DNA from: Candidatus Micrarchaeota archaeon
Lineage (GTDB): Archaea; Micrarchaeota; Micrarchaeia; Micrarchaeales; CABMGC01
Direction: 5' to 3'
NCBI GenBank assembly: GCA_021791725.1
Contig: JAJYVZ010000001.1
Location: 1-58,236, forward strand
Length of the DNA stretch: 58,236 nucleotides
Shown here: piece after piece, positions 54,934-58,236 of the stretch
Numbering within the stretch: position 1 is the stretch's first letter
How the letters are laid out: each line of letters opens with the position of its first letter
Position numbers and translations under genes: made by a program
Notes under the pieces: model-generated
Databases searched by the model: none
What the model was told of the DNA's origin: nothing
What the model saw: the letters and a program-made list of their open reading frames with translations, nothing else

Positions 54934-56253
54934 CTACCTCTTTTTGTTGTATTTCTTAACCGCTTCCTCAAATATGTTCAGACCTTTATCTATGCTCTCG
55001 TAGCTTATTGTAAGAGGAGGAATCAACCTTATGGTTGACTCACCGGCAGGCAGAAGCAGCAGGTTATTGTAGAAGCAGTCTTCGATTATCATCTCTCTCT
55101 TTGCTGCTGCAGGCTCCTTGCTCTTTTTGTCTTTGACAAGCTCCACCCCTATCATCAAGCCGATGCCGCGCACGTCTCCTATTATCTCGTACTTCTCCAT
55201 CATCTGCTTCAGCCGTTTCATTATATAATTTCCTTTCTCGACAACAGACCTCGAGAACTGCGAATGGTTCTCTTTTACATAGTCAATCGACGCCTCGGCA
55301 GCCGCTATTGACAGCAGATTGCCTCCGAACGTGTTCGCGTGCGCGCCGCTCTTTATGTTGCCAAGGGATCTCCGCGTCACTGTGACGCCTATTGGAAGCC
55401 CGCCGCCGAGCGCCTTAGCCATTGTGTATATGTCTGCCTCTACGCCGAAATTGTCAAGGGCAAGGAACCTGCCCGTCCTCATATAACCTGCCTGGATCTC
55501 GTCGTCTATGAGCAGAATGCCGTTCTCAGTCGCAATCTTCCTTATCTCCTTGACGAACTCCTTCGGAGGGACAACGTAGCCTCCCTCTCCCTGTATGGGC
55601 TCCATCACTATCGCCGACACCTCGTTCGGCGGAAGCTCCTTGCTCAGCGGGTACTTCCTTATGTAGTCTGCGCATGCTATGCCGCAGTCCGGATACCTGA
55701 GCTTGAGGGGGCATCGGTAGCAGTATGCGTAAGGCACGTGCACTGTCCCGCTCAGCGGCCCGAAGTTCTCCCTGTGCACCAGCCTTGAAGCGGTAAGCGG
55801 CAATGTGCCCATCGTCCTTCCGTGGAATGCTCCGTAGAACGCTATGTTGTATACTCCTTTCTTGAAGAGCCTCGCGAACTTTATCGCGGCTTCGTTGGCC
55901 TCGGTGCCGGAATTCGAGAAGAAGACCCTGCCGAAATCCCGTGGGAACATCGTGAGGAGCTTCTTCGCGAACCTCACGGGCCTTTCTGAATAATAGTCGG
56001 TAAAGGCGGAATGGGTCAGCAAGTCGGCCTGCTCCTTTACCGCATTCCTTATTGCAAAGTTGCCGTTGACGCCGAGGTTGTACACGGCTATGAAGCTTGA
56101 GAAGTCGAGGAACTTGTTGCCTGCCACGTCATAGGCGAACTCGCCGTCACCATGCGAAGCGACGAACGGATAGCTCTCCCTGGTGGTCCTTATCATCACT
56201 TCGTCGTCTTCCTTTATTATCCTTTTTATCTTATCGTTTACGTTTACCGTCAT
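54934..56253 (-). CDS. Class III PLP aminotransferase (acetylornithine/4-aminobutyrate type)
   Basis: NSGTEANEAAIK, AFHGRT, EPIQGEGGY, DEIQAG..RTG, MAKALGGG, TFGGN, VRG.GLM.G. Confidence 0.94.
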   Translation of the reverse strand: MTVNVNDKIKRIIKEDDEVMIRTTRESYPFVASHGDGEFAYDVAGNKFLDFSSFIAVYNLGVNGNFAIRNAVKEQADLLTHSAFTDYYSERPVRFAKKLLTMFPRDFGRVFFSNSGTEANEAAIKFARLFKKGVYNIAFYGAFHGRTMGTLPLTASRLVHRENFGPLSGTVHVPYAYCYRCPLKLRYPDCGIACADYIRKYPLSKELPPNEVSAIVMEPIQGEGGYVVPPKEFVKEIRKIATENGILLIDDEIQAGYMRTGRFLALDNFGVEADIYTMAKALGGGLPIGVTVTRRSLGNIKSGAHANTFGGNLLSIAAAEASIDYVKENHSQFSRSVVEKGNYIMKRLKQMMEKYEIIGDVRGIGLMIGVELVKDKKSKEPAAAKREMIIEDCFYNNLLLLPAGESTIRLIPPLTISYESIDKGLNIFEEAVKKYNKKR

Positions 56254-56365
56254 CTTCCATTCCCTCACTTTATATTTATGGCGATTGCTTCTTATACCTT
56301 ATAGGCATATTATGTCTGTTATTATCCAGTTTTGATTTGTGATACCCGAGTTTAAGGCGGTTTTT

Positions 56366-58236
56366 TTGGAAGAGAAGAAGACTGTAATAGAAGAGAAGCA
56401 CTGGTCGCCAAAGTTAGAGGAAGGCATAATCAACTCGTGGTCAAAGAGCGGCGTATATGCGTTCAATGCGGACAGGAAGGGCGGAAAGGTCTTCAGCATA
56501 GATACGCCACCGCCTTACATAAACGCGCCTGTCCACATGGGGCATGCATACACGTATACGTGGATGGATGCGATAGCCAGGCATAAGAGGATGCAGGGGT
56601 TTAACGTCCTGTTTCCAATAGGCAGCGACAGGAACGGGCTGCCTATAGAGGTGCAGGCAGAGAAGGAGTTCAAGATGTCTATACTTAAGACGCCAAGGGA
56701 GGAGTACATAAAGAACTGCAGGCTCCTCCTTGACAAATATGAGAGTAGCTCGCTTGCCACGTTCAACAGGATAGGGATAGGGTTCAACAGCTGGGATGTG
56801 GGCAGTTCCATAGGCAGTGCATACGAGACGGACAGCGAGGATTACAGGAGGATGACGCAGGAGACGTTCATAATGCTCTACAGGAAAGGCCTTGTCTACG
56901 AGAATTCTATGCCCTCGAACTACTGCACCGAATGCCATACGACGCTCTCAGATTCAGAGGTAGAATACAAGGAGGTGCAGGCGCCCCTTTACCATCTAAG
57001 GTTCAAGACAGAGACGGGAGACGGCATAACAGTGGCAACAACCAGGCCAGAGCTCCTCGCCGCATGCAAGGTCGTACTCTTTAATCCGGAAGACGGCAGG
57101 TACAAGAAGTATGAGGGTATGAAGGCAAAGGTGCCGGTGTTCGGCAACGAGGTAAAGATAATAGGCAATACATATGCAGATCCGAATTACGGATCTGGAG
57201 TAGTCATGGTGTGCAGCTACGGAGACCTTGACGACATAAGGATACTAAGGGAATTGCGGATAGAGCCGACATACGTCATAGACGAGCTAGGAAGAATGAG
57301 GATAGAGGACAGCGAATACAGCGGCATGAAAGCGGCAGCGGCAAGGGAGGAGATAGTCAAGAGGATGAAGGAAGAAGGGGATCTGCTGAAGGTAGAGACT
57401 GTCAGCCACAGATACCCAATATGCTGGCGCACGAAGAACCCGATAGAATTCATAGCGAGCAAGGAGCTTTATCTGAAGCAGGTAGAGTTCAAAGAAGATC
57501 TGCTCAAGCTATCCAAAGGCATGAGGTTCTTCTCGGAGAAGAGCAGGAAGCTGCTTGAGAACTGGATAAACGGGATAACAATAGACTGGGTTATCTCAAG
57601 GAGGAGGTATTACGGAACGGAGATACCGCTATGGTACTGCAGATCATGCGGAGAGGCTCTTGTACCAGAGCCAGGAAGATATTACAGGCCGTGGAAAGAA
57701 AAGGCGCCGGCCGAGAGGTGTGAAAAGTGCGGAGGCAGCGAATTCAGGGGGGAGGAGCGCGTCTTCGACACATGGTTCGACAGCGCGAGCAGCCAACAGT
57801 ATGCACTCGGATACCTATGGGACAGGAAATATTTCGAGGAGAATTACCCTGTGACGCTTAGGCCGCAGGGCAAGGAGATAGTAAGGAGCTGGTTGTACTT
57901 CACGCTGTTGAAGTCTTACCTGCTATTCGGCAAGGCGCCGTTCGCAGATGTCTGGGTAAACATGTACATAGTAGACGAAAAAGGCGAGAAGATGAGCAAG
58001 AGCCTTGGAAACGTCATAGACCCGATGAAAATAATCCAGGACTTCGGATCTGAGGCCTTCAGGGTATGGGTATTCTCTGAGGGAATAACAGAAGACGACG
58101 TAAGGTGCTCGAACGAGAGGATAAGGGCCTCTGGAAAATTCCTCACAAAGCTGTGGAACATAGCAAGATTCATATCCTCCCTCGAAAAGCCGCAGGTGGA
58201 AGGTGTGACCGAAGATACTGACAAAGTCTTGCTGTC
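56366..58236 (+). CDS. valS: Valine--tRNA ligase (3' end beyond the window; absent from the ORF track)
   Basis: FSIDTPPPY...HMGH (HIGH motif), ATTRPE, DWVISRRRYYGT.IP, DTWFDS, RPQG.EI, KMSKSLGN. Confidence 0.95.
   Translation, partial: MEEKKTVIEEKHWSPKLEEGIINSWSKSGVYAFNADRKGGKVFSIDTPPPYINAPVHMGHAYTYTWMDAIARHKRMQGFNVLFPIGSDRNGLPIEVQAEKEFKMSILKTPREEYIKNCRLLLDKYESSSLATFNRIGIGFNSWDVGSSIGSAYETDSEDYRRMTQETFIMLYRKGLVYENSMPSNYCTECHTTLSDSEVEYKEVQAPLYHLRFKTETGDGITVATTRPELLAACKVVLFNPEDGRYKKYEGMKAKVPVFGNEVKIIGNTYADPNYGSGVVMVCSYGDLDDIRILRELRIEPTYVIDELGRMRIEDSEYSGMKAAAAREEIVKRMKEEGDLLKVETVSHRYPICWRTKNPIEFIASKELYLKQVEFKEDLLKLSKGMRFFSEKSRKLLENWINGITIDWVISRRRYYGTEIPLWYCRSCGEALVPEPGRYYRPWKEKAPAERCEKCGGSEFRGEERVFDTWFDSASSQQYALGYLWDRKYFEENYPVTLRPQGKEIVRSWLYFTLLKSYLLFGKAPFADVWVNMYIVDEKGEKMSKSLGNVIDPMKIIQDFGSEAFRVWVFSEGITEDDVRCSNERIRASGKFLTKLWNIARFISSLEKPQVEGVTEDTDKVLL

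Overview
Archaeal chromosomal segment, most likely DPANN and Micrarchaeota-like. This is inferred from the split rpoB''/rpoB' and rpoA'/rpoA'' genes, a tRNA intron at a non-canonical position, fragmented ribosomal operons and several ankyrin genes. It is mostly housekeeping: ribosomal proteins (uL1, uL10/P0, P1, uL30, uL15, eL21), the RNA polymerase operon, Rpo4, Cdc6/Orc1, three RNase P proteins, pelota, SSB, Sm, ValRS (partial), GlyA, ThyX, ADP-forming acetate-CoA ligase, TldD/PmbA, two beta-CASP nucleases and three tRNAs (two with BHB introns). Accessory genes are interspersed. The most notable observations are: (1) a stand-alone single-repeat (half) TATA-binding protein; (2) a 39-nt tRNA-Ser(UGA) intron with box D/C motifs and an antisense element placing U34 of its own tRNA at the D+5 methylation position; (3) an NYN ribonuclease gene facing a promoter-palindrome-UUCG hairpin-oligoU unit, a candidate small-RNA partner; (4) a 181-bp transposase-less IS200/IS605 element retaining a TTTAA TAM and an omegaRNA-like right end; (5) an AAA-ATPase gene bounded by identical 70-bp direct repeats; (6) an ankyrin gene inside the RNAP operon, a probable CUG start for rpoB', and divergent bridge-helix and trigger-loop motifs. 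No CRISPR array, rRNA or intact transposase/integrase was seen. All calls are by eye, with no database searches.
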